A stretch of 64,000 nt of DNA from Bacilli bacterium. Its GTDB lineage: Bacteria > Bacillota_I > Bacilli_A > RFN20 > CAG-826. The translations under genes and the position numbers were made by a program. Shown here in pieces: positions 37,833-47,518 of the stretch (position 1 is its first letter; each line of letters begins with the position of its first letter). Under the pieces are notes generated by a model. That model saw only the letters and a list, made by a program, of their open reading frames with translations. It did not search any database and was not told the origin of the DNA. Location: the NCBI GenBank assembly GCA_041669265.1, contig JBAYBM010000005.1:1444-65443 (forward strand), in the 5' to 3' direction.

Positions 37833-38546
37833 TTATTTTTTCTCAATTACTTTTAATGTTTGAGGATAGCCAACAAACATAAATGATAATAGAACAAATA
37901 AAACAGCAAGAATGTCATTTAATACAAAGAATATTATTTTTTCAATATACATTAATAAATAATAGTTAGCGTCAACACTTGTTTTATCGTATCCTGCATT
38001 AATTACATCAATTAAACCTTTTGTGAAATGAAATACATTTAAAACACACATCGCAACAGCAAGTACAAGTAGGATAATACCAAAAACAGTTAAACCGGTT
38101 TTAACACCTTTAGCTGGGTTTTTAGCACTCTTTGCAATTAAACAAATATATACAATTGATAAAATAGTACCAACTAGGAAACCATAAAAAGTATAAGGAT
38201 CAAGTTTAATAAGATTTAAACCAGTAATATTTAAAGTCATAAATCCTAATTCGACTTTTCCAAGAAATAATGAGAATAAGAAGAATACAACGTAAGAAAA
38301 TAAAAGCATTATAACCATAGAAATTCTCTTTTTAGAATCTTCTTTTCTTCCTAAAAATGCAAGAATTGCGCCAAATATAAAAGCAATACCAAATAACCAA
38401 CCAGCGGTAGCTTCAAATTTAACATTCATCATTTCTCCACTTGCTTGAACACTAGTTTCAATCCAAGTTAAGACTAAACAAAGAACAGCGAAAATAAAAT
38501 AGATGATTGCATCACCTTTTTGAAAGAATGATTTGAGTTTTTTCAT
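37833..38546 (-). CDS. polytopic membrane protein (about 6 TM), hypothetical
   Basis: 237-aa hydrophobic ORF. It shows weak by-eye similarity to 37074-37715 (GLTVFGIILL vs GITLFVFGIIMM). Confidence 0.5.
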   Translation of the reverse strand: MKKLKSFFQKGDAIIYFIFAVLCLVLTWIETSVQASGEMMNVKFEATAGWLFGIAFIFGAILAFLGRKEDSKKRISMVIMLLFSYVVFFLFSLFLGKVELGFMTLNITGLNLIKLDPYTFYGFLVGTILSIVYICLIAKSAKNPAKGVKTGLTVFGIILLVLAVAMCVLNVFHFTKGLIDVINAGYDKTSVDANYYLLMYIEKIIFFVLNDILAVLFVLLSFMFVGYPQTLKVIEKK

Positions 38547-38833
38547 ATTTTTTTACCTCTGTTAAATATTTTACTATAAAAACAACTTTAAGTTAAACAA
38601 AAAAATAACCTACTAAATATTAATTCTTTTCTTGATTTAAGCCACTTTTAACATTAAATTTAAAAAACATATGCAAATCCCACTCGGATTTTAAAATTAC
38701 GAAAAAATATCGTGTAAATAAGGCATAAATAAATATTTTTACTTTTTGTTATAAACAATAATTATTGAGTTAATTACATTCTAAAGTTTATCAAATCTTG
38801 AATTTTGTATATAATAATGACAAGAGGTTTTTT

Positions 38834-39322
38834 ATGAAAGAATATACACCACTTGGAAAGAAATCAAAAAGTTATCTTGTTGTTTATATTGTTACTCTTT
38901 TAATTTGCGTAGCAGTTTCAATTTTGTTATTCATTCCAGCTATTAATTCAATTCAAAATGATAAAGTAAATGTTACATATTTAGTTATTGCCATTCTTTT
39001 TTGCATTATTGATTTTATATTGCTTTATTATCTATTCAATTATTTAATGAAACCCGAAGTTTTAATTGAATATAATAATCAAGGAATAAAAATTCACAAG
39101 AATAAAATGAAAGAAATTGTTATTAATATTCATGAAATAAGAGACACATCATTTATGTTTACTCCACTTTCAATAGTTTTACCAACTACAGGTAATGTAA
39201 TTATTAAAACAAAAGATAACAAAAGTTATAATATCGGCTACATCGTAGATTATACGTCCGTAGAAAGAAGCATTGCTGCTATGAAAAAAGTAAGTGAGGT
39301 AATTGATAATGAAAAAATTTAA
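38834..39322 (+). CDS. membrane protein with 2 TM + PH-like C-terminal domain (bPH-type), hypothetical
   Basis: ATG at 38834 after AGAGG. The track start at 38798 is a TTG that overlaps a TATAAT box. The topology of two TM helices followed by a ~80-aa beta-rich domain resembles bacterial PH-domain proteins. Confidence 0.45.
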   Translation: MKEYTPLGKKSKSYLVVYIVTLLICVAVSILLFIPAINSIQNDKVNVTYLVIAILFCIIDFILLYYLFNYLMKPEVLIEYNNQGIKIHKNKMKEIVINIHEIRDTSFMFTPLSIVLPTTGNVIIKTKDNKSYNIGYIVDYTSVERSIAAMKKVSEVIDNEKI

Positions 39323-40517
39323 ATTGTTTTTCGTAAGGTTCGTTGAATTCTTTATAAACATTGTTGAACATATTTTAGTTTGGAAAGAACCAAAATTACT
39401 CGAAGGTTATAGTGAATTAGTCGATGCTTTAACCTTTAGAAATGTAGATAATGTTTTAATAGTTTCTGATGCTAATTGCGTTAAATTTGGTTTAACAAAA
39501 CACCTTCAAGAGAAGCTAAAAGAATCTGATATTAAATTCACTATTTTTAGTGATATAACTCCTAATCCAACCTTTGATAATGTATATAATGGTAAAAAAA
39601 TATACATCGACAACAAATGTAATGGAATTATTGCTGTTGGTGGTGGTTCTACAATGGATTGTGCAAAAGGAATTGGTGTTGTAGTTAATAATAAGAAACC
39701 TATTGAAAAATATAAAGGCTTATTTAAAGTTGGTCATAAATTACCATTACTAATTGCTATTCCAACAACATCAGGAACTGGTAGTGAAACAACAATGGCT
39801 GCCGTAATAAGAAATGATAAAACAAAAGAAAAGTTCCCAATTGAATCATTTAAAGTAGTTCCTAGTTTTGCGCTTTTAGATGAAAAATTATTAGAAAAAC
39901 TTCCAAAAAACGTTTTTTCTACTACTGGAATGGATGCTTTAACTCATGCTATAGAATCATATCTAAATTCTTATGCCACAAAAAAGACAAAAAAATATTC
40001 TTTAGATGCTATCAAATTAATCAAAGAAAATATTGTTAATGGCTATAAAGATCCAACTGATTTAGTAGCAAAGAAAAATATGCTATATGCTTCATTTTTA
40101 GCAGGTAAGGCTTTTACTCGTGCGATGGTTGGTAGTGTTCACGCAGTTGCTCATGCTCTTGGAGGAAAATATAATTTACCACATGGTTATTTAAATGCAA
40201 TAATTCTCCCTAATATTTTAAATATATATAAGAGTGTTTCTCGTAAAAAGATGAAAGAAATGGCAGTATATGCTGGAATTGCTTCTGATAAAGATAGTGA
40301 ATCATTAGCAAGCTATAAGTTCTTAACATTTGTTAGAGACCTTAATAAAACATTTGAAATACCTACCACTATTAAAGAAATCAAAGTTAAGGATATTCCT
40401 GAATTAGCACATACTTCATATAAAGAAGCAGTTCCTTTATATGCTACTCCAATAATATTTGATGAACTTGATTACAGGTTTATATATATAGATTTGAAAG
40501 GAGATATTAATGAATAA
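39303..40517 (+). CDS. iron-containing (group III) alcohol dehydrogenase, second copy
   Basis: GGGSTMDCAKG, DALTHAIESY, HAVAHALG and HGYLNA motifs. It overlaps the upstream ORF by 20 nt. Confidence 0.85.
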   Translation: MIMKKFKLFFVRFVEFFINIVEHILVWKEPKLLEGYSELVDALTFRNVDNVLIVSDANCVKFGLTKHLQEKLKESDIKFTIFSDITPNPTFDNVYNGKKIYIDNKCNGIIAVGGGSTMDCAKGIGVVVNNKKPIEKYKGLFKVGHKLPLLIAIPTTSGTGSETTMAAVIRNDKTKEKFPIESFKVVPSFALLDEKLLEKLPKNVFSTTGMDALTHAIESYLNSYATKKTKKYSLDAIKLIKENIVNGYKDPTDLVAKKNMLYASFLAGKAFTRAMVGSVHAVAHALGGKYNLPHGYLNAIILPNILNIYKSVSRKKMKEMAVYAGIASDKDSESLASYKFLTFVRDLNKTFEIPTTIKEIKVKDIPELAHTSYKEAVPLYATPIIFDELDYRFIYIDLKGDINE

Positions 40518-41529
40518 AGAATTATCTAAAGGACGTCTCCTTGATGCTGAAGGAAATTTAAAAGAAGCTGGATTTGCTTATTCTTTAATAAAAGATTATT
40601 CAAGAAAAGATATAAAAGGTTTAATTACAAGAATTAAAGAATGGGATTATTATTGTTTTTTAACAAATGAATATGGAATTGCTTTAACAATTGATGATAA
40701 CTCATACATGTCTATGGTGAGTGTTTCATTTTTAGATTTTAGATATAGAACTTATATTACAAAATCACTTATAAAGCCTTTCAGTTTTGGAAAAGTTAAA
40801 TTACCATCTACTAGCACAGTTGGAAATATTGTGTTTGAAGGAAAGAAATTTTCTTTTAGTTTTTTAAATGATGGAAAAGAAAGAAAGCTAAAATGTTCAT
40901 TTAAGAATTTTACAAAACATAGTGATTTTTCTTGTGACTTAATCGTTCACCAAAGTAGTGATAAATCTATGGTTATTGCCACTCCTTTTGCTAAGAAAAA
41001 ACACTTTTATTACAATCAAAAAATTAATAATTTAGTATGTAATGGAACCTTTAAAATTGGCGAAAGAGAATATAAACTAGAAAATGCTCTTGGCGTATTA
41101 GATTGGGGAAGGGGCACCTGGACTTATAACAATACATGGTATTGGGGTTCATGCTCTTTTAAAGATAAAGAAGGATATAAAGGATTTAATTTAGGTTACG
41201 GCTTTGGTGATACATCAAATGCTACAGAAAATATGGCTTTCTTTAATGACAAAGCTTATAAATTAAATGATGTAAAATTCTTAATTCCTAAAAATGAAAA
41301 AGGTGAATATATCTATACTAAAACATGGCGTATAGTTTCAGAAGATAATTCAATTAATATGGAATTTGCACCACTTTTTGATAGACACGATGATACAAAT
41401 GTAATTGTTTTATGTTCATTACAACATCAAGTTTATGGTTATTTTACAGGCACTATAAAAGCAGGTAGAAAAATTATAAAATTTGACCATGCTCTTGGTT
41501 TTGCAGAACGTGTGACTAATAAATGGTAA
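40510..41529 (+). CDS. DUF2804-like protein
   Basis: 339 aa. It overlaps the ADH gene by 8 nt. The WDYY..., GRGTWTYNNTWYWGS pattern is recalled from DUF2804, but the assignment is tentative. Confidence 0.4.
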   Translation: MNKELSKGRLLDAEGNLKEAGFAYSLIKDYSRKDIKGLITRIKEWDYYCFLTNEYGIALTIDDNSYMSMVSVSFLDFRYRTYITKSLIKPFSFGKVKLPSTSTVGNIVFEGKKFSFSFLNDGKERKLKCSFKNFTKHSDFSCDLIVHQSSDKSMVIATPFAKKKHFYYNQKINNLVCNGTFKIGEREYKLENALGVLDWGRGTWTYNNTWYWGSCSFKDKEGYKGFNLGYGFGDTSNATENMAFFNDKAYKLNDVKFLIPKNEKGEYIYTKTWRIVSEDNSINMEFAPLFDRHDDTNVIVLCSLQHQVYGYFTGTIKAGRKIIKFDHALGFAERVTNKW

Positions 41530-43929
41530 CTAACAAGTTACCTTTTTTAATATACTCATTAAAGTCTTTGAAGCACGAATAAGATGTGCTGGATTTATTG
41601 ATCCGTTTAATGCTTTTAATAATGAATTAATTTGCTTTTCATTAATATCAGGATTCATAAGAATTAATTGACGTACAGTTTCTTCTAAAGCGGAATGCCA
41701 TAACATAGGAGCAGCTTTTAAAGTTTTATTATGATTAATTATTGAATTAATAATCTTGCCAAAGAATGTTTTTCTAGCTAAATAAAAATTAATATTTAAT
41801 CCTAAATCAATATTCTTATTGTATGTTTTTGGTGCTAGCTTTCTTTGATAAATTCTTTCAAATTCCTCATCAGATATATTATCAAGATTACCAGCAAAAT
41901 AACTTGGCAAATCTTCTTTTGTAAAATAAATAGTAGTTTCATCTTTATTAAAAATTAAGAAATCTAATGAAACCTCTAAATTATCAATAGAAGGCCCAAC
42001 AAGGAAACTATATGTTCCATTTTCTAATGTCCATTTTTTTGTTAAAAGATTAAAGAATCTTATATCTTCTTTTTTAACAATTAAAGTAACTTCTTTTTCT
42101 TCGTTTGGTTCAAGTTCTACTTTTGTAAAATCTCTTAAACCACGTTTACCCTTAAAAACAGATGTATTTGGAGATCCAACATAAAGTTCTACTACTTCTT
42201 TTCCCTTAACATCTCCAATATTTTTAACAAATACTTTAATTATAAATCTATCATCTTCACTCTTAATTGAGATGTCTCTATATGAAAAATTTGTATAAGA
42301 TAAACCGAATCCGAATGGGAAAAGCACTGGTTTTTTAAAAGTATCAAAATATCTATAACCTACATAAATTGATTCTTTATAGGTAGAAGTCATATCACTT
42401 CCAGGGAAATAATGTGAAGATGGTAGATCTTCATATTTAATTGGGAAGGTTTCTCCTAATCTTCCTGAAGGGTTAACATTACCAAATAAAACATCTACAA
42501 TACTTTCTCCATAAGCTTCTCCACCACAATAAGCTTCTATAATTCCTTTAACATTATTAATAAAAGGCATTTCTATTGGTGAACCATTAAATAATGTAAT
42601 TATTATATTTTTATTCACTTTACACATTTCATCAATAAACTTAAGTTGCATATTAGATAAACGCATATTTGGTCTATCCATACCTTCTGTTTCTTCTAAA
42701 TCTGTAAGACCAACAAAAAGAACTAATTTATCAACATTCTTTGCAATGTCTCTGGCTTCTTTTAATAAACCAGAATCTAATTCTTTTTTAGTAGAATCAA
42801 ATCCTTTTGCTACCTTTACATTGCTATATCCTTTAAGTTTTAATGCATCAATTACATTAGTTACTTTATATGCATTAATATGAGATGATCCTCCACCTTG
42901 ATATTTATTAATGAAGGCAAAATCACCAATAAAAGCAACATTGTCTTTTCTTTTTAAAGGCAATACATTGTTATTTTTTAACAAAACTATACTTTCATCA
43001 CTAATTGATTTTGAAATTTCATAGTGTTTATCTAAATCACATTTTGTAGTTTTACTTAAATTCTTATGTGATTCTAAAACAAAAGAAATTACTCTATCAC
43101 AACATAAATCAATTTCTTCTTCAGTTATTTTCTTATCTTTTACTGCTTGTAATAATTTTTTGGCATCTCTTCCATGAGAAGTAGGCATTTCAAGGTCGTT
43201 TCCTGCTTTAATAGCAGTTACTTTATCATTCATACCTAACCAGTCTGTACAAACTAAACCTTTAAATCCCCATTCATTTCTTAAAATGTCATTTATAAAG
43301 TATTTATTATCGCTACTATAAACTCCATTTACTCTATTATATGAACTCATTATCATTCTTGGTTGAGATTCTCTAATTGCAATTTGAAATGGCCTTAAAT
43401 AAATTTCTCTCAAGGCTCTTTCATCTACTTCAGCATTAATACTATTTCTTAAAGTCTCTTGGTTATTACATGCAAAATGTTTTATACATGCTCCAACGCC
43501 AGTTGATTGTAAGCCGTTTATAAAAGAGGCACCCATTAATCCAGCAAGAAATGGATCTTCAGAATAATATTCAAAATTTCTTCCACATAATGGATTTCTT
43601 TTAATGTTAACTCCAGGTCCAAGAATCATAGAAACTTGATTTGCTTTAGCTTCTTCACCAATTGTTTTTCCTTCTAAATATGCTAAATCTTTATTGAACG
43701 TTGCTCCAATACTAACGTTAGTAGGAAAACATGTAGCTTTTACACTATTAACCATTCCATTAACACCAACTGTATTTGGAATTTCTTTTCGAACACCGTT
43801 TGGACCATCAGTCATCATAACTGAAGGTAAAATATCTTTAATTTCAAGAGTATGCCAATTATCAATACCCTCTAACAACAAACACTTCTCTTCTAATGTT
43901 AATTTTTTAATTATGTCGTTATTTTTCAT
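41530..43929 (-). CDS. glycoside hydrolase family 3 beta-glucosidase
   Basis: 799 aa. GH3 N-domain (KHFACNNQE, nucleophile region GLVCTDW), alpha/beta sandwich domain and a fibronectin-III-like C-domain. No signal peptide. Confidence 0.9.
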   Translation of the reverse strand: MKNNDIIKKLTLEEKCLLLEGIDNWHTLEIKDILPSVMMTDGPNGVRKEIPNTVGVNGMVNSVKATCFPTNVSIGATFNKDLAYLEGKTIGEEAKANQVSMILGPGVNIKRNPLCGRNFEYYSEDPFLAGLMGASFINGLQSTGVGACIKHFACNNQETLRNSINAEVDERALREIYLRPFQIAIRESQPRMIMSSYNRVNGVYSSDNKYFINDILRNEWGFKGLVCTDWLGMNDKVTAIKAGNDLEMPTSHGRDAKKLLQAVKDKKITEEEIDLCCDRVISFVLESHKNLSKTTKCDLDKHYEISKSISDESIVLLKNNNVLPLKRKDNVAFIGDFAFINKYQGGGSSHINAYKVTNVIDALKLKGYSNVKVAKGFDSTKKELDSGLLKEARDIAKNVDKLVLFVGLTDLEETEGMDRPNMRLSNMQLKFIDEMCKVNKNIIITLFNGSPIEMPFINNVKGIIEAYCGGEAYGESIVDVLFGNVNPSGRLGETFPIKYEDLPSSHYFPGSDMTSTYKESIYVGYRYFDTFKKPVLFPFGFGLSYTNFSYRDISIKSEDDRFIIKVFVKNIGDVKGKEVVELYVGSPNTSVFKGKRGLRDFTKVELEPNEEKEVTLIVKKEDIRFFNLLTKKWTLENGTYSFLVGPSIDNLEVSLDFLIFNKDETTIYFTKEDLPSYFAGNLDNISDEEFERIYQRKLAPKTYNKNIDLGLNINFYLARKTFFGKIINSIINHNKTLKAAPMLWHSALEETVRQLILMNPDINEKQINSLLKALNGSINPAHLIRASKTLMSILKKVTC

Positions 43930-44039
43930 ATTAACCTCTTATTACTATTATATTAAAATGTATATAAATTTCAAATATTATAAGACCGTTTTTTTATTAA
44001 GAAACAAAAGAATTTGAAAACATATAATTAAAGCAAATA

Positions 44040-44064
44040 AAAATCTCACATTTTGTGAGATTTT
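44040..44064 (-). terminator. terminator of the STAS/PP2C operon
   Basis: AAAATCTCAC-ATTTT-GTGAGATTTT, followed by TTATTT on the minus strand. Confidence 0.75.
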
Positions 44065-44072
44065 ATATTTAA

Positions 44073-45263
44073 TTAATTCGCTTTAAAATCTAAACTATCG
44101 ATTCGAGACAATAAATCACTTAAGGCTTTCTTACAATATTCTACAATTGGCTTCCCTTCTGGTGTATCTATACCAATTCTTTTTATTGTTCTTCTCATTA
44201 AACGAATATTTGCTACTACTTTTGCTTTGTCTAGTACTTCATTAACTACTTTATCATCTGTTGTATTTAAGTATTGCTTCATAGCATTAATAAAGAAATA
44301 TTCAGCTACATCAGCTTTGATGCCTAAGAATTTTTCAACATTATTTTTATCTACTACACCAAATCCTTCAAAAGCTAGATACATTGAAGATATTTCAAAA
44401 ATTGGATGGCCCATTGCTAATGTATCCATATCGATTAACAATACTTCATTATTTTGCATCATTATATTTTTAGTATGATAATCTCCATGAATCATTGTAT
44501 CTCTATCTGGAATAGCATTAAATAATGCTAATGCTTTATCATATTGATCTTTTGGTAAATAGTCTTTTAAATACTTAACCCACTCAATAGCCACTTCTTT
44601 TTGATTTGGCATATCTCCTGGTTTCACTTTAGTCGAATGAATTTTCTTCAATAAATCAACATATAATTTAATATACTTATCATTGTTTTTTGGATCTTCA
44701 TTTAGTAATTTTGTAAAACTCTTAGCATTTAAAAGTTCAAATACTGAGCCATATCCTTTACCAACTTTAACTACATCATAAGGAATTGCAGTTGGAATGC
44801 CTAAAAAAAATGCTTTACGAGCTAATTCTCTTTCACGATTAATTTCTGGAAGAGCATCAGCATTATTATAAACTTTAATAATTGTGTCAGGATCAAGTCG
44901 ATATACTTTACCATTTGCTCCTTGACCAATAACTTCACATCCTTCTACAGAAATAACTCTAAATGCTTTTTCAATATGCATTAATTCAGAAAAACCAGTC
45001 ATTTCAAATACTTCATATACACTTGAAGAAACGTTTTTAATAACAAGTTCAGGATATGTTTTTGATAATCTTAAAATTACACGTAATCCTGCACTTGAAA
45101 TGTATTCAAGTTTCTCAGCATTAATTATTAAATCCTTGCCTTTAAAATTAGCTAGAAGAGCATTAATATCCTCTTCTACTTTTGGAGCATTTGTAGAATC
45201 AATATGACCAATTAAATCAATTGTTAATACTCCGTTTTCTTCTTTTCCGTTTACGTTTTCCAT
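44073..45263 (-). CDS. STAS domain fused to an APH/choline-kinase-type phosphotransferase (protein-kinase-like) domain
   Basis: Residues 1-100 form a STAS domain (EKLEYISSAGLRVILRL, EVFEMTGFSEL). Residues ~105-396 are kinase-like: Gly-loop IGQGANGKVY, IIKVY Lys, Brenner motif HGDYHTKNIM and LIDMD. Confidence 0.7.
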   Translation of the reverse strand: MENVNGKEENGVLTIDLIGHIDSTNAPKVEEDINALLANFKGKDLIINAEKLEYISSAGLRVILRLSKTYPELVIKNVSSSVYEVFEMTGFSELMHIEKAFRVISVEGCEVIGQGANGKVYRLDPDTIIKVYNNADALPEINRERELARKAFFLGIPTAIPYDVVKVGKGYGSVFELLNAKSFTKLLNEDPKNNDKYIKLYVDLLKKIHSTKVKPGDMPNQKEVAIEWVKYLKDYLPKDQYDKALALFNAIPDRDTMIHGDYHTKNIMMQNNEVLLIDMDTLAMGHPIFEISSMYLAFEGFGVVDKNNVEKFLGIKADVAEYFFINAMKQYLNTTDDKVVNEVLDKAKVVANIRLMRRTIKRIGIDTPEGKPIVEYCKKALSDLLSRIDSLDFKAN

Positions 45264-45275
45264 ACATATCCCTTT

Positions 45276-47060
45276 CTATTTGTATTTCTTAGTAACAGTA
45301 ACAACATTATATTCACCATCTGCTTTATAAATAACAGTATCACATATTTTACGAACAATTAATAATCCTAAACCACCAATTTTTCTATCTTTGATTGGTG
45401 CATTAATATCGGGTTCTTCACTTTTTGTTATATCAAATAAAGTACCTTTATATTTAAGTTCCATCTCAATTGTTGCTCCATCAGTATTAACAACAAACTC
45501 TAAATCATTACTTCCTGAATATTTCACAACATTAGAGAATAATTCATCAAGAACTATATCCATTTTATTAACTACTTCAGTTGGAACATTACTCTTATTT
45601 AATTTTTCTTCCATATATGAAGCGACTTTTTCAAAATTTTCTGTTTTTGCTTCTACTAATAATGGATGCTCACAATTATTAATTTTTAACGCTAACATAG
45701 TCATATCATCTGAATGTTCAATTCCATTAATAAATTTTTTAACATCATCACCAATTAAATTAATTGCATCATTAGGATGTAATTTTTTATCCATATCATT
45801 AACTAATTTAATTAATCTATCTTCGCCATATTGTTCTTTATTAATATTCATTGCTTCAGTAATACCATCAGTATAAAGGAATATTCTATCATCATTATTA
45901 AGTTGCATTTCATATTGCTTATATACTGTTTTATCACTTCCAGCTAATACTAATCCTGAATATTTTCTTAAATATACAAATGGTTCATTATTACTACAAA
46001 TTAATGGAGGATTATGGCCACAATTTACATATGTTAATTTATTTGTACTTATTTCTAATACACCAATCCAACAAGTAACGAACATATGCTGCTCATTTCC
46101 CTCAAGTAATTTTATATTTGCCTTTGTCATTGCAAGAGCTAAACTGTCCTTAGATTGAACACAACTCTTGATTAATGTCTTCGCAATGACCATAAATAAT
46201 GCAGCAGGAACACCTTTTCCTGAAACATCAGCAATTAAGAAAGCAAAATGATCATCATCAACAAAGAAGAAATCATAGAAATCTCCACCAACTTCTTTTG
46301 CTGGTTCCATCGAAGCAAAAATTGAGAATTCTTTTCTTCCTGGAAAATCTGGGAATATTTTAGGCAACATAGAATCTTGAATATTGTATGCAACATTTAA
46401 TTCCGACTCTATTTGTTTAGTATGTGCCTCATTCTTACGTAATTTTCTAATATAGTTTTGTACATAAATTAATACACCATAAGCAATAGCATTACTTAAA
46501 ATAAGATATATAGTCAATTTAGAAATTGTTGACCAAGCATCACTAACTGGTTCAATTATACAAAGATATCCAAATGCAATTAATAAATGCATTACTTCAA
46601 ATCCTGCTCCAGAAAGCATTGCCCATAATGCTTGATGTTTTGTTTTTCTTATTGGTTTACTTAATAATCCACTTAATAAACCTATTAATATTGTAGCAAT
46701 TGCACATGGTATAGAAGTACCAACAGTAACATCTGGTAAACCTACTAATAATCTATGAGTTCCTGCAATAACTCCAGCAATAAGGCCTCCAATTGGTCCG
46801 CCCATAAATCCAGCCATCATTGCACCAACATCACGAATAGTAACAACAACTCCACTTTGCATTGTATATCCACTTATCGTGGCATATATCCCAAATAATC
46901 CACCAACAACACCATAAAAGATAACTCTAATCCAACGATTATTATCTCCCCTTAATTTAGCGATACTATGAATGCTCTCTAAAAATATAGCTACTAAATC
47001 AATAACAGCAATTGTTCCAATTAAGTAAACAATCATCTTTACTACTTGATTCCAATCCAT
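45276..47060 (-). CDS. 5TM (LytS-YhcK type) receptor + PP2C/SpoIIE phosphatase + RsbW/SpoIIAB-like GHKL Ser-kinase fusion
   Basis: The N-terminal ~200 aa are polytopic (TIRDVGAMMAGFMGGPIGG..THR). PP2C motifs are GGDFYDFF, ADVSGKGVPAALFM and TDGITEA. The C-terminal ~130 aa carry N-box DELFSNVVKY and G-box GGLGLLIV. Confidence 0.8.
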   Translation of the reverse strand: MDWNQVVKMIVYLIGTIAVIDLVAIFLESIHSIAKLRGDNNRWIRVIFYGVVGGLFGIYATISGYTMQSGVVVTIRDVGAMMAGFMGGPIGGLIAGVIAGTHRLLVGLPDVTVGTSIPCAIATILIGLLSGLLSKPIRKTKHQALWAMLSGAGFEVMHLLIAFGYLCIIEPVSDAWSTISKLTIYLILSNAIAYGVLIYVQNYIRKLRKNEAHTKQIESELNVAYNIQDSMLPKIFPDFPGRKEFSIFASMEPAKEVGGDFYDFFFVDDDHFAFLIADVSGKGVPAALFMVIAKTLIKSCVQSKDSLALAMTKANIKLLEGNEQHMFVTCWIGVLEISTNKLTYVNCGHNPPLICSNNEPFVYLRKYSGLVLAGSDKTVYKQYEMQLNNDDRIFLYTDGITEAMNINKEQYGEDRLIKLVNDMDKKLHPNDAINLIGDDVKKFINGIEHSDDMTMLALKINNCEHPLLVEAKTENFEKVASYMEEKLNKSNVPTEVVNKMDIVLDELFSNVVKYSGSNDLEFVVNTDGATIEMELKYKGTLFDITKSEEPDINAPIKDRKIGGLGLLIVRKICDTVIYKADGEYNVVTVTKKYK

Positions 47061-47064
47061 AAGA

Positions 47065-47361
47065 TTAACCTATATTTAATATTGAAGAAAATCCTGTCAT
47101 ATCAAAGACTTCTTTAACTTCTTCTTTGATATTAATTATCTTCATATTTTCTTTCCCTTCAATAGCATTAGAAGTTGTTAAAAACACTCTAAGACCAGCT
47201 GAAGAAACATAATCTACATCTTTTAAATCAATTATTAGTTCTTTAGATTTACCTAAAACACCATTGATTTCTTTTTCAAAATCAGCAGCAGTTTGTGAGT
47301 TAATACTTCCACTAACAGTTAGAGTACAAGTATCACCAGTTATTTTTGAACTTATATTCAT
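47065..47361 (-). CDS. STAS-domain anti-sigma-factor-antagonist-like protein
   Basis: 98 aa from the ATG at 47361 (AGGAG upstream). The phospho-acceptor region is DVDYVSSAGLRVFL, followed by EVFDMTGFSSIL. Confidence 0.8.
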   Translation of the reverse strand: MNISSKITGDTCTLTVSGSINSQTAADFEKEINGVLGKSKELIIDLKDVDYVSSAGLRVFLTTSNAIEGKENMKIINIKEEVKEVFDMTGFSSILNIG

Positions 47362-47518
47362 ATGATAACTCCTATCTTTATAATTATACACTTTGGAGTA
47401 AAATTCTTGAATTGTTTGCTTAAAAATTTATTTTAAGAAAATAATTAATTTACCTTTTAGGATAATATATGACATAATAATGTTATAAAAGTGTTATATT
47501 ACTAAAAAGGGGATTGTT

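Noticed and set aside
45391-45876. 161-aa + strand ORF inside the PP2C/GHKL gene. Similar antisense ORFs occur at 14562-14747, 18839-19033, 22354-22545, 26943-27248, 28392-28595, 28644-28928, 43694-44017, 44227-44478, 48745-49026, 51553-51801, 52386-52628, 53145-53351, 54443-54736, 55285-55485, 55737-56033, 56622-56828, 60636-60842 and 62869-63063.
   Set aside because: All lie entirely within, and antisense to, ORFs with clear family motifs. Their Ser/Leu/Ile/Phe-rich composition is what is expected from reverse frames of AT-rich genes, and they lack SD sequences.
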